From: Octopus bimaculoides
Lineage: Eukaryota
Direction: 5' to 3'
NCBI RefSeq assembly: GCF_001194135.2
Contig: NC_068981.1
Coordinates: forward strand, 114,533,094 to 114,592,396
Length of the DNA: 59,303 nt
Translations under genes and position numbers: made by a program
In this document: positions 22,501-35,250 of the stretch, in pieces
Position numbering within the stretch: position 1 is the stretch's first letter
Layout: every line of letters begins with the position of its first letter
The notes under the pieces: generated by a model
The model's database searches: none
What the model saw: the letters and a program-made list of their open reading frames with translations, nothing else
What the model was told of the DNA's origin: nothing

Positions 22501-23505
22501 AATATATAAAATTCTTTATCTCTGTTCCCAATGCATTCTCAAACGGCTCAAAAAAATCAAATCAAATTTTACATGGTAATAGTATCAGACACCATGAGTG
22601 TCAACATGTAAATTTCTTTTCATTTGGATTAAAATAATACAACATTAGCACTGGTTCAGTATTACATATCAAAAGTGAAAGAATAACATCTATATTGTAT
22701 TGTGATATAGTATTGTTTCACTTATATCCTAATGTGAAGGAGTCTCAAAAGAGAAGGGAGATGAGACTTTCCCAAGATCAGCAAATGCATGATGCAGCAC
22801 ATCAAATGGAGCCTCAAGAGAGGAAAGAGTTGACACGTTCCTAAGATCAGTAAACACATACTGCAGCACATCAAATGGAGTCTCAAGACAGAAGTTAGAT
22901 GTGACTTTTTCAAGATCAGCAAAGGCATGTTGCAGCATGTCAAATGGAATCTCAATACAGACGGGAGATGAGACTTTCTCAACATCAGCAAAGGCATGCT
23001 GCAGCACTTAATGCTGAATCATTAAAAACGTTTTAATGATTAGACAGCAGTCCAATAGAATAGCTCTCAGAAACAGACTACATACAAATTCGTTCTTCAC
23101 AACTCCAGCAGCTGCTTTCAGATATGATCCATCCCATTCTTATAAAAATGATAATTTTCTCCAAATTGGTGTGCTAAACTCAAATTGTCATTTCTGCACA
23201 GCTTTAAAATTTCCAAATGAAACTAATGGCATGCGCTGCTCAGGTGGTAAGGTAAGATTGCCAGCACTACCAGCACCTCCTCAACCTCTTATAGATCTTC
23301 CATCCAGTCAAAAGATTTTCTGAACAATATCAGACAATACCCCTCTATATTTCAAGTGGCATCTAAGGAGATAGTTGAACATGGATTTACATCGACGTTC
23401 AAGAGCAAGCCTATCACCTCATTGGTTCCTTGCTACCTACAAATGAACAACCGCAGTTCTTCTAATGAGTGATGTAAGACAACAAACCCAAAGGAGGTGT
23501 CAAAC
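22501..23505 (+). mobile_element. Helitron RepHel N-terminal remnant
   Basis: ES..RRE.RL..DQ..H.AA repeats, then AAFRYDP..IG..NSNCHFCTALKFPNETNGMRCSGGKVRLPALPAPPQPL, DFLNNIRQY, QAYHLIGSLLP..EQPQF, the typical animal Helitron N-terminal signature. Confidence 0.85.
22740..23015 (+). repeat. 4 x 69-bp (23-codon) tandem repeat
   Basis: Units start at 22740, 22809, 22878 and 22947. Confidence 0.9.
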
Positions 23506-24876
23506 TTCAAACGATGGGTCATGTTAGACATAGTGCCAACTGCCACAAAGGAGAGTATATCTACTGACAAGCTTTTTGGTGCGTTCAAAAATCACATTGC
23601 CCCATACCCAATTTTCCATGACAGATTAGGGCCTGGAATATCCCAAACAGATGCATGACATGTCACTTAGTTGAATTAGCCTATCATTTACTCCATAAAT
23701 GTTTTGTCATCGATGCTGCACTTTCCTGTATCACCTGTTTCAACATAACTGTAATACTAGGCCATTTTAATCCCAAGCAATGCTGGGTATCTCTGCTAAT
23801 CACCTATAAAGATGTGTCATGCAATTTTGGAATATTGTAGGTACTTTTTTTTTAAATATAAACTGTAGATTCATCAAGGATAGTATTGTTTGGTTCATAA
23901 TAATGACTTCATCAGATTCTTTTTGTTAGTTTACTTGCTGGATTTATTGTTTCTACATCTATGCTAGAAGAACAGTCTGATGGAGTAACTACTGTCCTTG
24001 TTGAATACTTATTTCTCTTTGCATTTCCTTTAGAGTTTACAGTCATAATATGAAGTATCCTGATGTGTCTTTGGAGCTATAAAAGAGGGTTTAAATTGAA
24101 ATGCTCCGTTTCAGATATCGTATTTGATGGCATAAAAGATGCAGCGCATATTGAGGGAAAAGAAAGTCAAACAAAATTAGCTTATCGAAGGCCCACCTTG
24201 CATATAGGACCGAGGGTGATTTCTTGAGGCATTCATGTATGGTTTAATGTGTTTTGTATATCATCAAATACATACATGGTGTTCTTAACCAGCATTTTGT
24301 CATTTAAAAAAAAAACTTTTCCATTTATTGTATATAAATAGCTGTAAAAATGAGTCAACAAAAAAGTCACTTGATTGTTGCTTGAATTACTAGGATAAAG
24401 TAATCAGAGTGACCTCTTCATAGTACTATCATAAAAAATAAAATACAGGATGATTGAGACTGAAATGCCAATCAGAGATATGTTCAGGTTTGACTGATCT
24501 GGTACTAAACAATGACAATAATTGTATAAAATAATCAGTCATAAATATCCTCTCATTGGGTGATGTAATTTGACATTAGAGACCTACCCAAAACTTTTCC
24601 AGAATTGATGGTCTATGGAATAATGTTGTCTTCTGAATAGAAAGATATTCATGCTCTCTGCCTGTTTACTTCCCTCTTTCGTTGTAAAACATTATTTTTG
24701 CCTAAATACTATGTAGTTGAATGAGTAGATGGCATTAGAAAGGGCTGTTAAAATGTTTCTTTTAATAAATAATATGTTGAAATCAAAATGTCAAATTTGA
24801 TATAGAAATTCATTAACTTATATTTAAATTTGTAAAAAACTTCCCATTCCATAGTGATGTAATAAAATTGTTTTAA

Positions 24877-25070
24877 CCTTTTAGCATTCTATTTGTTCAC
24901 ATTGTTTTAAATTAATCATGCATTATCTCATAGCTTCGAGATTTTATTGATTGATTGTTTATTTTTAGAATGACATTGTAAGGTAGATGCGGGAGGCCCA
25001 ATCTGGCTGGTTTGACCATAAAACAGGTAGAATATTTGAACTGGATATAGCCAGTTTAAATGCTAAAGGA
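24877..25070. mobile_element. TTAA-flanked MITE (piggyBac-type)
   Basis: TTAA|CCTTTTAGCATT...AATGCTAAAGGA|TTAA; related copy at 51359-51583. Confidence 0.8.
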
Positions 25071-25145
25071 TTAAAATAGCATGAAAAAGTTACAAGAACA
25101 TTTATTTTACGTGACTATTTACTAATTATCTTTCTTCTCTTTCAG

Positions 25146-25274
25146 TATGATTTATGGGATAAAAATGTGAATGAAATAGATGACTCTGATGACTTGAGTG
25201 ATGGTTCAAGTGATAGTGAAGAAAGTGTTTATTCTGGTCTAGAAGAAGAAGAAGAAGAAGAAGAAGATTCATTT
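25146..25274 (+). CDS. BOP1: BOP1 exon 2
   Basis: ttcag acceptor; YDLW...SDSEESVYSGLEEEEEEEEDSF (human SDSEESVFSGLE); GTAAAT donor, phase 0. Confidence 0.88.
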
Positions 25275-27275
25275 GTAAATATACTTCATTTGTTTTATAG
25301 TTGACATAAATAGACCCAAGGAAACAGCTCAGATGAGCATTTGATGTAACCCTGCAAATTTATGAATTTGTTTTAAAATGTCCAAGATTAGAATCATTTT
25401 TTGCATTATTTTCTCATTCCTATATTGATTGTTTGATCTGAAGAGAGACAATCAAGGCAACTGTATTCCATAAAAGGTTTTCCTTATTCTAATACAAGTG
25501 TATGTAAGTGATATTGAATTTGGAGTCTCCATTTACTAAGAGTTCAATGTCACTCAAATATCAATGTCAAATATTAATATCAGTGTCACTCAAATATTAA
25601 TAGTAATAATAATGGAGTTTGTTGATGTCTGTTTTGCTAAATTTGTGTAGGTAAACAGCAAAGTTTATTTTTGCAGGGTTAAAACTCCCATGTGTAGTGA
25701 TTAATTCAGCATTATTTCTACCTTTCCACACTATCAAGTCATAACAACTAAATTTTCTCCTTAAATTAAGCAGGAGGAGTATCAGAATTAGTGATGTTCA
25801 TACTTTGAACATGAAAAATAAGGTCTGACTAGAAATTGGAACAGCTTTCAGAATTTTCACTGAGAACTAACCTGTTTCACATTGAATGAAATTGGCAAAA
25901 GTGATGATGTGCCAGTGGAGGAAATATCTGAAAGTGTTTACTCTTATTTATATTTGTTCCAGTTCAAGCTCACTCAGGATAACTTTGCTTTTCTTCTCTT
26001 TGGAAGTTTATAAATACTAGTATTATTGGGAGAAAAAGGTAAATGGAATTGTGCCTCTTTATAGGTGCGTTCTATGTAAAATATCATTTAATGTCCATGT
26101 TCAATGCTAGCATACACTGTACTGTTTCACGAGATCTAGTGGGCCTGGAGACTGCTTTTGTATTATTTTTATGGCTTAATATCCTTCCTAATGTCCACCA
26201 CTTTGCAGTGTGTACTAGATGTTTTGTATTTTGTGGCACCAGCACTAGTGAGATTGCCATAGAACCTGCTAGAATAAGATCCCCTTTGGTTGGATGGGAC
26301 TATAGTTAAGAAGGAGGCAGCTTTATGCTAAGGGATGAAGGGTTTAAGTGAGAAAGGACCTGAACAGAGCAAATTTGTTGCTGGTGGGGAGCTGTGCATC
26401 ACGTTATAGAAGATGGAGTTGGAAAAATCAAAATAATGGTGATGAGGTAACTGGTTGGACCCTCAAAATATGGGATACAATGGAAGTGAGTGGGGAGGGG
26501 AGAACAGGAAGTATGAGTGAGTAGAAGTTGGAAGAGTGAGAGATGGTTAGACGTAGGAAATGGTTGAGAGGATGAATACTATGAACAAGTGTTGGATAAG
26601 TAAGTGATTACAGTAGAATTTGGGTAGGGTTGAGAGATAACCAATGATACATGAATCAGGGAAGAGTGAGAGAAATGTAATAATAATAATAATAATAATA
26701 AAGCAGTGGACCTGGAAATAAAGAGAAAGAGATGTGTGGTTGGGTTGGTTGTAAGAGTGTCAGGCTGATGTGTATAGTGAAGAGTAAGACATGGTGGTGG
26801 AGAAGAGATAATTTGGTGGTTCAGTACTATGGTTCCACGTTGTAAGAGGGTTAAGTGGGATCAGGGAATAGCTGCTCAGAATAGTCCCTCCCTCATTAAA
26901 TTTGTCACATGACTTTATATAGCCCTTACAAACTCAACACCTAGTTTCTTTATTTACTATCAGATTACTGAATGTGGCATCTTGCCAAATTCCTTCAAGT
27001 CAAATACTACCAGGAATTGTGGTTTATCCTTAGCCAAGTATTTCTGACATTAGTCAGTCAGAGAGGTGGGGTAAAAGTGGAAGGGTAGTGTGAGTAGAGA
27101 AGAAAAGAGAAAGATGTATAATAAGGCTAAATGTATCATGTTAGTTGAAGGGAGAGGTGAAAAGCAAGAGAAAAAGACAGTGAGAGAAAAGTGTTAACAG
27201 CATGCTGTAGGGTGGGGACAGAAAACTACAGAGAAAGAGATATGTTTAGGATACAATATTTAGCTGAGCGTTGGA

Positions 27276-27612
27276 CCTGACGGAGGCAAAGTGGCTGAGT
27301 TTGTTTCGAGTGTTAGGCCCCATGGAGGCAATAACCAAGACCTTTGGCATTATGTTGTGCTTGAGAAGATCCATCAAGCTGGGCAAAATGGCAGATACCG
27401 GTGTTACGCAAATTGGCACGTAAACGCACCCCCATTGTCATACTGGTAGCACGTAAAAGCACTCATTACACTCTTAGAGTGGTTGGTATTAAGAAAGACA
27501 TCCAGCCGCAGAAAACCATGCCAAATCAGACTAGAGTCTGGTGCAGCCTTTCAGAGTGCCAGCCCAGTCAAACTGTCCAACCCATGCCAGCATGGACAAC
27601 GGATGTTGAATG
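27276..27612 (+). mobile_element. SINE with RTE-type 3' tail
   Basis: ggcaaagtggctgag head; gtcaaactgtccaacccatgccagcatgg..gttgaatgag tail. Confidence 0.7.
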
Positions 27613-28626
27613 AGGATGTTCTGGTGATGAGGTTAAAGAGAGATGGACAGAGAAGGCAGTTACATTAAAAGCGAGAGAGAGAGGAGAGAGATAGGCAGAT
27701 AGCATAGAGATACATCAACAGGAAGAAAAAGACATAGACAAACAGCTGAACTGAAATGAGCTTTGTTACTGAAAACTATGGTGTTGATAGTGAAGAGTAT
27801 TTTGTTATTGAACTAAATCTCTAATATTCTTCTACCTGTCCGTTCACACTTTACACTTTAGTTTGTTAGAGAAGAGGAGGCTAAGTGAGAGAGAGAAGAG
27901 AAAACAGCCAATACATTATGCTGTCACTACTGTGGTTAGTGGAAGTGAGAGGTGAGGAGAAAGAGTGAAATATAAAGTGCTCAGCAGAGGGAAATTTTAA
28001 AAAGCATATAATATATTATTGTGACTGGAAGTGAATTAACATAGCAAAATAAAAATAAAAATCATCCTTTCGTTTTTTAAATAACTTCTCTTTTACATTT
28101 TGTGGAATTTCCATGGGTCCCACTAGTTAACCTGATGAAAGAAAGGGAAAAAATTGCATAAAGGGTGATTATCATTTAATATTAGTGTTGAGTGAATGAA
28201 TGTGGTAGTTAGAAGCTTCTACATCATTTTACTGAATATTGTAGCCATTGATGTCTTTTGTTAGGAATTGTAGTTTAACCAAAAATTTATGTACCGCTAC
28301 AAAAAAAAAATTTCTAAGTTTAGTGCTTGTTTATGGATACCAGGTTACATCTACATGAATAAAGCAACTCAGCCAACCTACTGTACAGATAAAGTATATT
28401 AATGGAATATTAAAGGTGCTCAGCTACTTATCAGATCTTGGTAAGATACATTACTGCATTCCACAGTCTGCTTAGATAACAATAGGTGTCACCTTATTGA
28501 ACTCCTTTTGCTTACAATTCTACTCATGTCAACATATGTAAAACAATGAAACAACAGAATCATTCCTCAGTTGTTTAGTTGTTTTATTCTTGTGCAGTTA
28601 ATTTTTTTTCTTTTTCTCTTTTTTAG

Positions 28627-29007
28627 GAGGAAGGATCTAATAAAGATGAACATAATATTTCCCAAGAGAGCAACACAGACAATAGTGATGATGAGGAGGA
28701 GGAAATAGGTGCTTTTGAGGATGTCAGCAGCAAGGAGGATGTTGCTGATGTTGAGGAAAAGGCTTCTTCCAGAGCCAATAGTAGTAATACTGGAGATGGA
28801 ACAAACGTCAAGGAAATCCAGCCAAACACTAGTGATGCAGGAAAGAGTAAAAAGTGTGTTAAAAACCAGCCAACTTCCAAGGACCACTCCAATAAAGTAT
28901 CAGACAATATGAAGAAGCGAGAAAATAAAGGAAACACTGTTGTGTTACCATCATTAGATTCTTCTGCAGCTGTTGATGAATATGATGAAGATTCTTCTGA
29001 TGAAGAG
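28627..29007 (+). CDS. BOP1: BOP1 exon 3 (acidic low-complexity region)
   Basis: ttttag acceptor; 381-nt open frame ending DEYDEDSSDEE, then GTGAGT; missed by the ORF track (no start codon). Confidence 0.9.
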
Positions 29008-29224
29008 GTGAGTCAGTTGTGTTTTTTAAAATTCATTTAACATGTTTGGTGTTACTGTTGGTTGAGTGATCAGCAATGTTGTGTCCATAACCCAGATTCA
29101 TATTTCTTCTTGGCTGTGTTCACTCTTTGTGGGTGGTTCAGCTGCAGCTCAGTAAGTTATGCCATTCACTTCATATGCACAATCCTGTTCTTACTGATTT
29201 TTCATTTCTTTTCCACCATTTTAG

Positions 29225-29376
29225 GATATTCGTAACACAGTGGGCAACATTCCAATGCAGTGGTATGATGACTATGAACATATAGGCTATAACCTAGATG
29301 GGCACAAGATTAAGAAACCTGTTCATGGAGATGAGCTTGATAATTTCCTTGAAAAATTGGATGACCCCAATTATTG
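29225..29376 (+). CDS. BOP1: BOP1 exon 4 (BOP1NT domain start)
   Basis: [48 protein letters not shown]; GTGAGT, phase 2. Confidence 0.97.
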
Positions 29377-30975
29377 GTGAGTTACTACTTTTTCACTTTA
29401 ATTTGGTCTCAACAATATTTTTATTATGTAACTGAAAAAAGTCATTAAAACTGCCTTAGTTCTCTCTCTATCTCACAATATATATTAAACAGTATTTTTA
29501 TGTTTGTTTATTGTATGAGTCTGCAGAAAACAGTTGGACAGCTAGAAGTGTAAATTAGACACACTGCACTGTGTCCATGGTTAACATTTAACTCTTCATA
29601 GACACAATGTTTCATTAGTTGTAGGTGAATACTGCATAGCAGTAGAGTTCACTGTTACGACAGTGACAGACTGCACTAATATGCTAAAATTGAGAAATGG
29701 AGCAAAAAATATTGCTTCATCCAATACAAATTCTATTGTATAGTTTGAACTTATGAATTTAGTGTATTCTGGTTTCAAACTCTACTTGTATCTTTTATCT
29801 CTATTTATCTTGTTTACTTCCAAGTCTGCTCTGATTGTACAACTCTGATTAATGATGTTCCATTCATGACTTCGCTGATATTCTCGATGAAGATGTGGCT
29901 GTTACCATCAGGTTGGGCTGCAACGTAGAGGCTTTCTTGTTATTTCGTATATTGTAGGTGTTGGTGATGTACATTTTGCTTTAGTTAATGTTCCCAAATT
30001 ACCTGTAATTATTGAGGAATATTTATTGCCTGTCTGCTTCACCTCATCTTCTGTCTGCTTCACCAGTTAAACACTGGTACTCCAGAGTTTAGAACATATT
30101 AATTAATGATTAACCTTATTAACTTTTCAAGGAGCAATCAAATCAAAACTATGATGTCTCTGCATTTTGAAGTTTGATGCTTAATTTCTAAATTTTTTTA
30201 CCATATTCTTATTCTTTGTTCCTTCATTTCTCTGCATTTCATATTCCAATAGACCATTACTTCTATGCAGTTCTATATTCCAATAGACCATTACTTCTAT
30301 TAATGGATGCTAATCATTTGTCACAAATTATAAAATCTTTTTCTTTTATTACAACTAGAGACATTCTAATGGATTTATTTTAGATTCTTTGAAATAAACC
30401 CACAGTTGAGAATAAATGCAACTCTTTAGTCAAGGAAAGTAACTTGGATGTCCCTCTGTAAAAGATATTGGTGAAGGTTATTATCTCTCAGTCATGATCA
30501 GGAAAAAAATTTGCAAAACCAGTTTGTTTAAAAACAAAATCTGTGTATTATGTTATCCCTTTGAATAGTCAATTTGGAACAATACTTAAAGTTAGAACTT
30601 AAAAATAAGTTTCTTCATTGTTATGGTATTGATATTTGAGCATTGTACAGAATCAACAGAGACCTAGGACTAGTTTTTACACTGCATCGATTCATAGAGA
30701 TATCCATTTGTTCCATTCCATTTATGTTCATGTTTCCAACAAGGCATTGGGGAAAATCAATGATAAGTAATTAGGATTAAACTTAATTACATACATTCAC
30801 CCATGTAAACCTTTGAACTTTTGAATGTAAACTTGTTAGAGGCTGAACAGTTGGGAACTTCATGGATTTTCATATTGTTTATGAACCAAGATGGCTGGTC
30901 CTCAGAAAAGAAGTGGTAAAGGATTAGAATATATGTGTTGCAGACCTGTCTAGATGAATGTACAACTGTTATTAA

Positions 30976-31195
30976 CCCTCTTGTTACCATATTTCTGTTG
31001 AGATGTTCTGTGTTTCTTTCAATGAATTTTAAATATAATAAAGAATTTAGTAAAATAACTTAGTTATCATTAAGCTAGTATTAGGAACATAAATTGTGGC
31101 TAAGGTTTGGTGGAAGATTTTAATTCAGAACTTTTGAAAACGACATTTGTACTACAGAGCCAGGGGCAATTTCAGCCAGGTTGGTATCGAAAGGG
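30976..31195. mobile_element. TTAA-flanked piggyBac-type MITE (220 bp)
   Basis: TTAA|CCCTCTTGTTACCA...TGGTATCGAAAGGG|TTAA. Confidence 0.85.
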
Positions 31196-31920
31196 TTAAT
31201 GGTTGTGATCTTGGTAGTTGTTATAAGGTATACTATAGATTGATCTGTGTTATGCCAGCCACTCTATGGATAGAGAGGGAGAGTACCAAGATTTTCACAT
31301 GTTTTGTGATAGAGAATTAGTATTCTACTAATTGTAGAGTTTGAACTCAAATTCTGTGTCTAATATTTTTGTGTAGTCTGTATAGGTTGGTGTTAGGGAA
31401 GGCATCCAATTGTAAAAAACCAAAGCTTGAACTGGAGCCCAATGTAGTCCTTGTGGGNNNNNNNNNNNNNNNNNNNNNNNNNNNNNNNNNNNNNNNNNNN
31501 NNNNNNNNNNNNNNNNNNNNNNNNNNNNNNNNNNNNNNNNNNNNNNNNNNNNNNNNNNNNNNNNNNNNNNNNNNNNNNNNNNNNNNNNNNNNNNNNNNNN
31601 NNNNNNNNNNNNNNNNNNNNNNAGAAATTGATTGTTATTACCTTCAGACTAAGATTGTACTTAATGCATGATTCTTTGAAATTTGTCATTTAAGTGAATT
31701 TAAAATCTCAGAGCTGGAAAACCACCAGTTTGCTCTTTCATTTTAATTTGGTTCAGTGTTCTGCTGTCTACTAAGAAATCATAGAGATCATAACACAGTT
31801 GGTATGCTAAACAGTGTGAAAGAAGAGAAAAACAAGCAGAAAACTAACTGGTTAATGTTGGACCAGGATACAAAGGTTTTATGTCTATACTTCATTTATT
31901 GCTTGAAACTTGTCTTTCAG

Positions 31921-32038
31921 GAGAACTGTGAGTAATAAACTAACTGGTCAGAAAGTTGTTCTTAGTGATGCTGACATAGGAATTATCAAAAGACTACAGC
32001 GAGGCAAACACCCCAACAAAGAAGTGGATCCTTTTGCT
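31921..32038 (+). CDS. BOP1: BOP1 exon 5
   Basis: (W)RTVSNKLTGQKVVLSDADIGIIKRLQRGKHPNKEVDPFA; tttcag / GTAAGT. Confidence 0.95.
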
Positions 32039-32429
32039 GTAAGTACTTCTAGAACTTGTTTCAAATTGTGCTATAATACATTGAGACTTCAACTTCACTG
32101 ATTGTTAAGTTTTGTACTTACATGAATAAGTTTCATCATCATTTCACACCCATTATCCATGCACATCTAATGACACAACAAGGCAAAAGAAATTAACAAG
32201 AGGCAAGTGAAATTAGCATACACGTGTGCTTCAAACATTCACTTTAGTTAAGATATATATTTGGATAATAAAAATAAGAAATTTGTTAATTATGGTAATT
32301 ATGGGATTTTTTTTTAACTGCTGTGGACTAAACAGATATTGATACAAGCAACATGTCTTAAAAAGAAAGAAAAGTAAAACAAACTGAAAAGTGTATTATT
32401 ACCATTTCGTAAACTTGCAGTATTTATTA

Positions 32430-33980
32430 TACTATACATAATAAAACATAGCACTCTGTAAATAGGTATAAATGATAGACTTGTGATGTTTTGGCACTGT
32501 CCTTCTGAAGGTTTCTCTGTTTCGCTATTTGCTTTTTTACGGATCACCAAGCTTCACTGACAGTTGACATGAGTTTGCTTCGATATGGCAAGAAAAGTGT
32601 CTGACACCTTATAATCTTCAGAGCCATTGAAAGTGTTTGTGGCCCATGTTGACTTGAATCAATCTTACAATCTGCATGTGCTTGATGTAGCATCAGCATC
32701 ATCTTGGATTGATTGGGTGTGGGTATTTTATTCAGAGTTTGAACTAACTTTTCTATATTCTTTGCTTTCAGTTGTTTGTGCAAGTGCATGTCATTAACTT
32801 GAACAAATCCGGTGATAGCACCGCCGATGATGACTGGCACATAACGCCTTTTCCACTGGGTGTCTCTCACCTCCAGCATCAAATGCACCATTTAATCACC
32901 AAGCACATAGATGGCAAATTTTGCATGTGAAAACATACTGAATCAGTTTGGAAGTTTTTCAATAGTACAGAGCAACTGTTCTAATCTATAAGAACCTTTA
33001 GGAGACCATTGATATTTCATTGTAAGCAAGGCATTTAGTAGTAGTGGTATTTTTCCAGATCTTTTAAATGCAAACTCTGGGATAAGATTGATCTTGGTAT
33101 CATTGCTAACCTGGGTGAACACTGTGATATGTTCCCTAGATAAATGGTGGGTTTTTTTTTTGACGAACATATCTTGGTTTCTGAATGATAAGGTAGCTTG
33201 TCTGCTACTTTCATTCTGTTGCAAGGGCATTTGATATCCATTGATAATTAGGAGGATCTACACCAAATTTATCGAAGAAATAATGACGCACACTCCATAT
33301 GTTCTTCAAATAATCCTGAATGCACTCAACACATTGCTCTTTGGAGATTGAAATGCGTTTGTTTGGAAATTTCAGTGATACCCCATACTCTTTTTTCCAA
33401 CCTTTTGTTCAGCTTTTTGAAAAACAAAGCTTTTCCTCAGTTGGTGTGTTTGGATGTTGGCAAATCCTCCACTCCTCATAAAATTTTTCAGCCTGTAATA
33501 GGAAAAGAGTTTGTGGTAATCTCGCATGCAGCGATGTTCTAACATCCACAAACCATTCAAACAAAGCGTCTCTCTTACCTGGTGCTTTTGTTTTACAACC
33601 TCCTCCAGCAACTCTGAAACGTTTCTTTGGACTTTTTTCACCATTGCTGAGTTTGCTTTTCAGATATTTTTCAAAGCAGTGCTTGGCTACTTTAACAGTA
33701 GAATCAAATAGACAATCAGAGTTTTTGACACTGGCTAAATTCGAGTAAAACAAATGAACTGCTTTGGTGAGATATCCTTATTTCGGGGTGTCTGTGACAT
33801 GACGTTTCCTTTTAGCATCCCAATGAGTTTTACCTTTCATTTGCTCTAATTCAGAATTATACTCCTTGCATTTGTTCACCACGATAGCAAGTGCTTGCTT
33901 TTCTTCTATAGAATAATTTCCATACATCACACTATGAAATACTTTTTTCTCTGACGTGATGTTATGAAAACACTTCAAAA
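32430..33980 (-). mobile_element. pogo/CENP-B-like transposase pseudogene (HTH plus DDE_1)
   Basis: Fragments: RFRVAGGG.K.KAP..RDALFEWFVDVRTSL.ARLP; QWSPKGSYRLEQLL; AIYVLGD*..HLM..V...W.R.YVPVIIGGAITGFVQVND.HLHKQLKAK. Confidence 0.85.
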
Positions 33981-34589
33981 AGAAATTACTTGAGTTGTGT
34001 TGATGTTGCTAAATCCTTATTCTGTAAAAAGCTTGTCCTGTAAGGATAAACAGTTTGTCATTGAAGTTCTTAGTTTGTGTGGAATTTGTGTTGGTGATTG
34101 GTAGAGAAATTGGAAATGAAGATTTGTTGACTACAGTGTGGAATAGCAGTACACTCATATGTATGTTACAGACTGGGGCAGTTGTCCAGCCTCAAGTCTT
34201 TATAAACTTTGGCTGGTTGTAAAGCATATTTTCTGACAGCAATTTCCTTGTTTTCTATATGTCCTGAAGCAGGTGTGTTGTATCTTGAAATGATTGATCT
34301 TCTTAAGATTGAAGGTTATCAATGCCCTAAAATGTTGATGGCTCACCCACATCAACATTGGCTACATATACTATGGATAAATATTTTTCTTCCATGCATT
34401 ATGAAAACAAATAGAACATGCCAGGTTTTCTTCCCATTTCTGTCATCTGTTTTTTTTTTTTTAAGTCATGCTGATTCTCAATTTGTGTCAGTCAAAATAA
34501 TAATGAATTCCTCAGAGTTTGTTGTTTTGTAGTAGTAACGGGAGTCAGTTTAATCGACTTTACCTTTCCCTTCAAACTACTGGCCTTGT

Positions 34590-34800
34590 GCCTAAGCATC
34601 GGGCAACATGCCTTGCAGCATAGAGTTATGACCCATTACGTTTTGAGTTCAATCCCACTGAGGTTAGCTTTACTTTTCATCCCTACAGGGTCGATAAAAT
34701 AAAGCACCAGTAATATACTGGGCTACTTTAATCCACTTGTCCCTCCCCACAAATTGTTGGCTTTGTGTCTAAATAAGAAATCATTTATCAAAGGCTGTCA
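34590..34800 (+). mobile_element. tRNA-type SINE
   Basis: gagttcaatcccactgaggttagctttacttttcatccctacagggtcgataaaataaagcaccag core. Confidence 0.65.
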
Positions 34801-35148
34801 CTTTNNNNNNNNNNNNNNNNNNNNNNNNNNNNNNNNNNNNNNNNNNNNNNNNNNNNNNNNNNNNNNNNNNNNNNNNNNNNNNNNNNNNNNNNNNNNNNNN
34901 NNNNNNNNNNNNNNNNNNNNNNNNNNNNNNNNNTATATTTATATATATATATATATATATATGATGTTTTTAATGTAAAATAGAATTATTAGATTCTTCA
35001 GCTGTTGTATCAGTATGAATAGCTTACAATAAAATTTCACCAGAGATAGATTAGCAAAATTTAATGAGCAAGTGGGAGTTGGAATAAAAGGGAGGGGGGA
35101 TTATTCAAGACCCGAGAGTATTCTTTTTTCACCTTTTTCTCTTTACAG

Positions 35149-35250
35149 CCTTGGATTGATTTCTTCACATATAAAACTATAAAACATCCTGTTACTAATC
35201 GACCACCAGACAAACGCAGTTTTATTCCTTCCAAATGGGAAAGACTCAAA
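35149..35250 (+). CDS. BOP1: BOP1 exon 6
   Basis: [34 protein letters not shown]; ttacag / GTAAGC. Confidence 0.97.

Noticed and set aside
23880-23920. Minus-strand CTGATGAAGTCAT-TATT-ATGAACCAAAC hammerhead-like string
   Set aside because: GAAA core is mutated and there is no convincing stem I or III
25901-25932. C-box GTGATGA followed by CTGA (snoRNA candidate)
   Set aside because: Only ~30 nt, no terminal stem and no second box pair; other ATGATGA hits (46675, 48129) lack a D box. No intronic snoRNA could be supported
28567-28937. Hydrophobic minus-strand ORFs and plus-strand ORF 28709-28912
   Set aside because: Antisense or off-frame shadows of BOP1 exon 3
30241-30300. Small tandem duplications here (26 bp, period 34) and at 51121-51172 (26 bp x 2)
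   Set aside because: Ordinary slippage duplications; two units only, with no spacers, so not CRISPR-like
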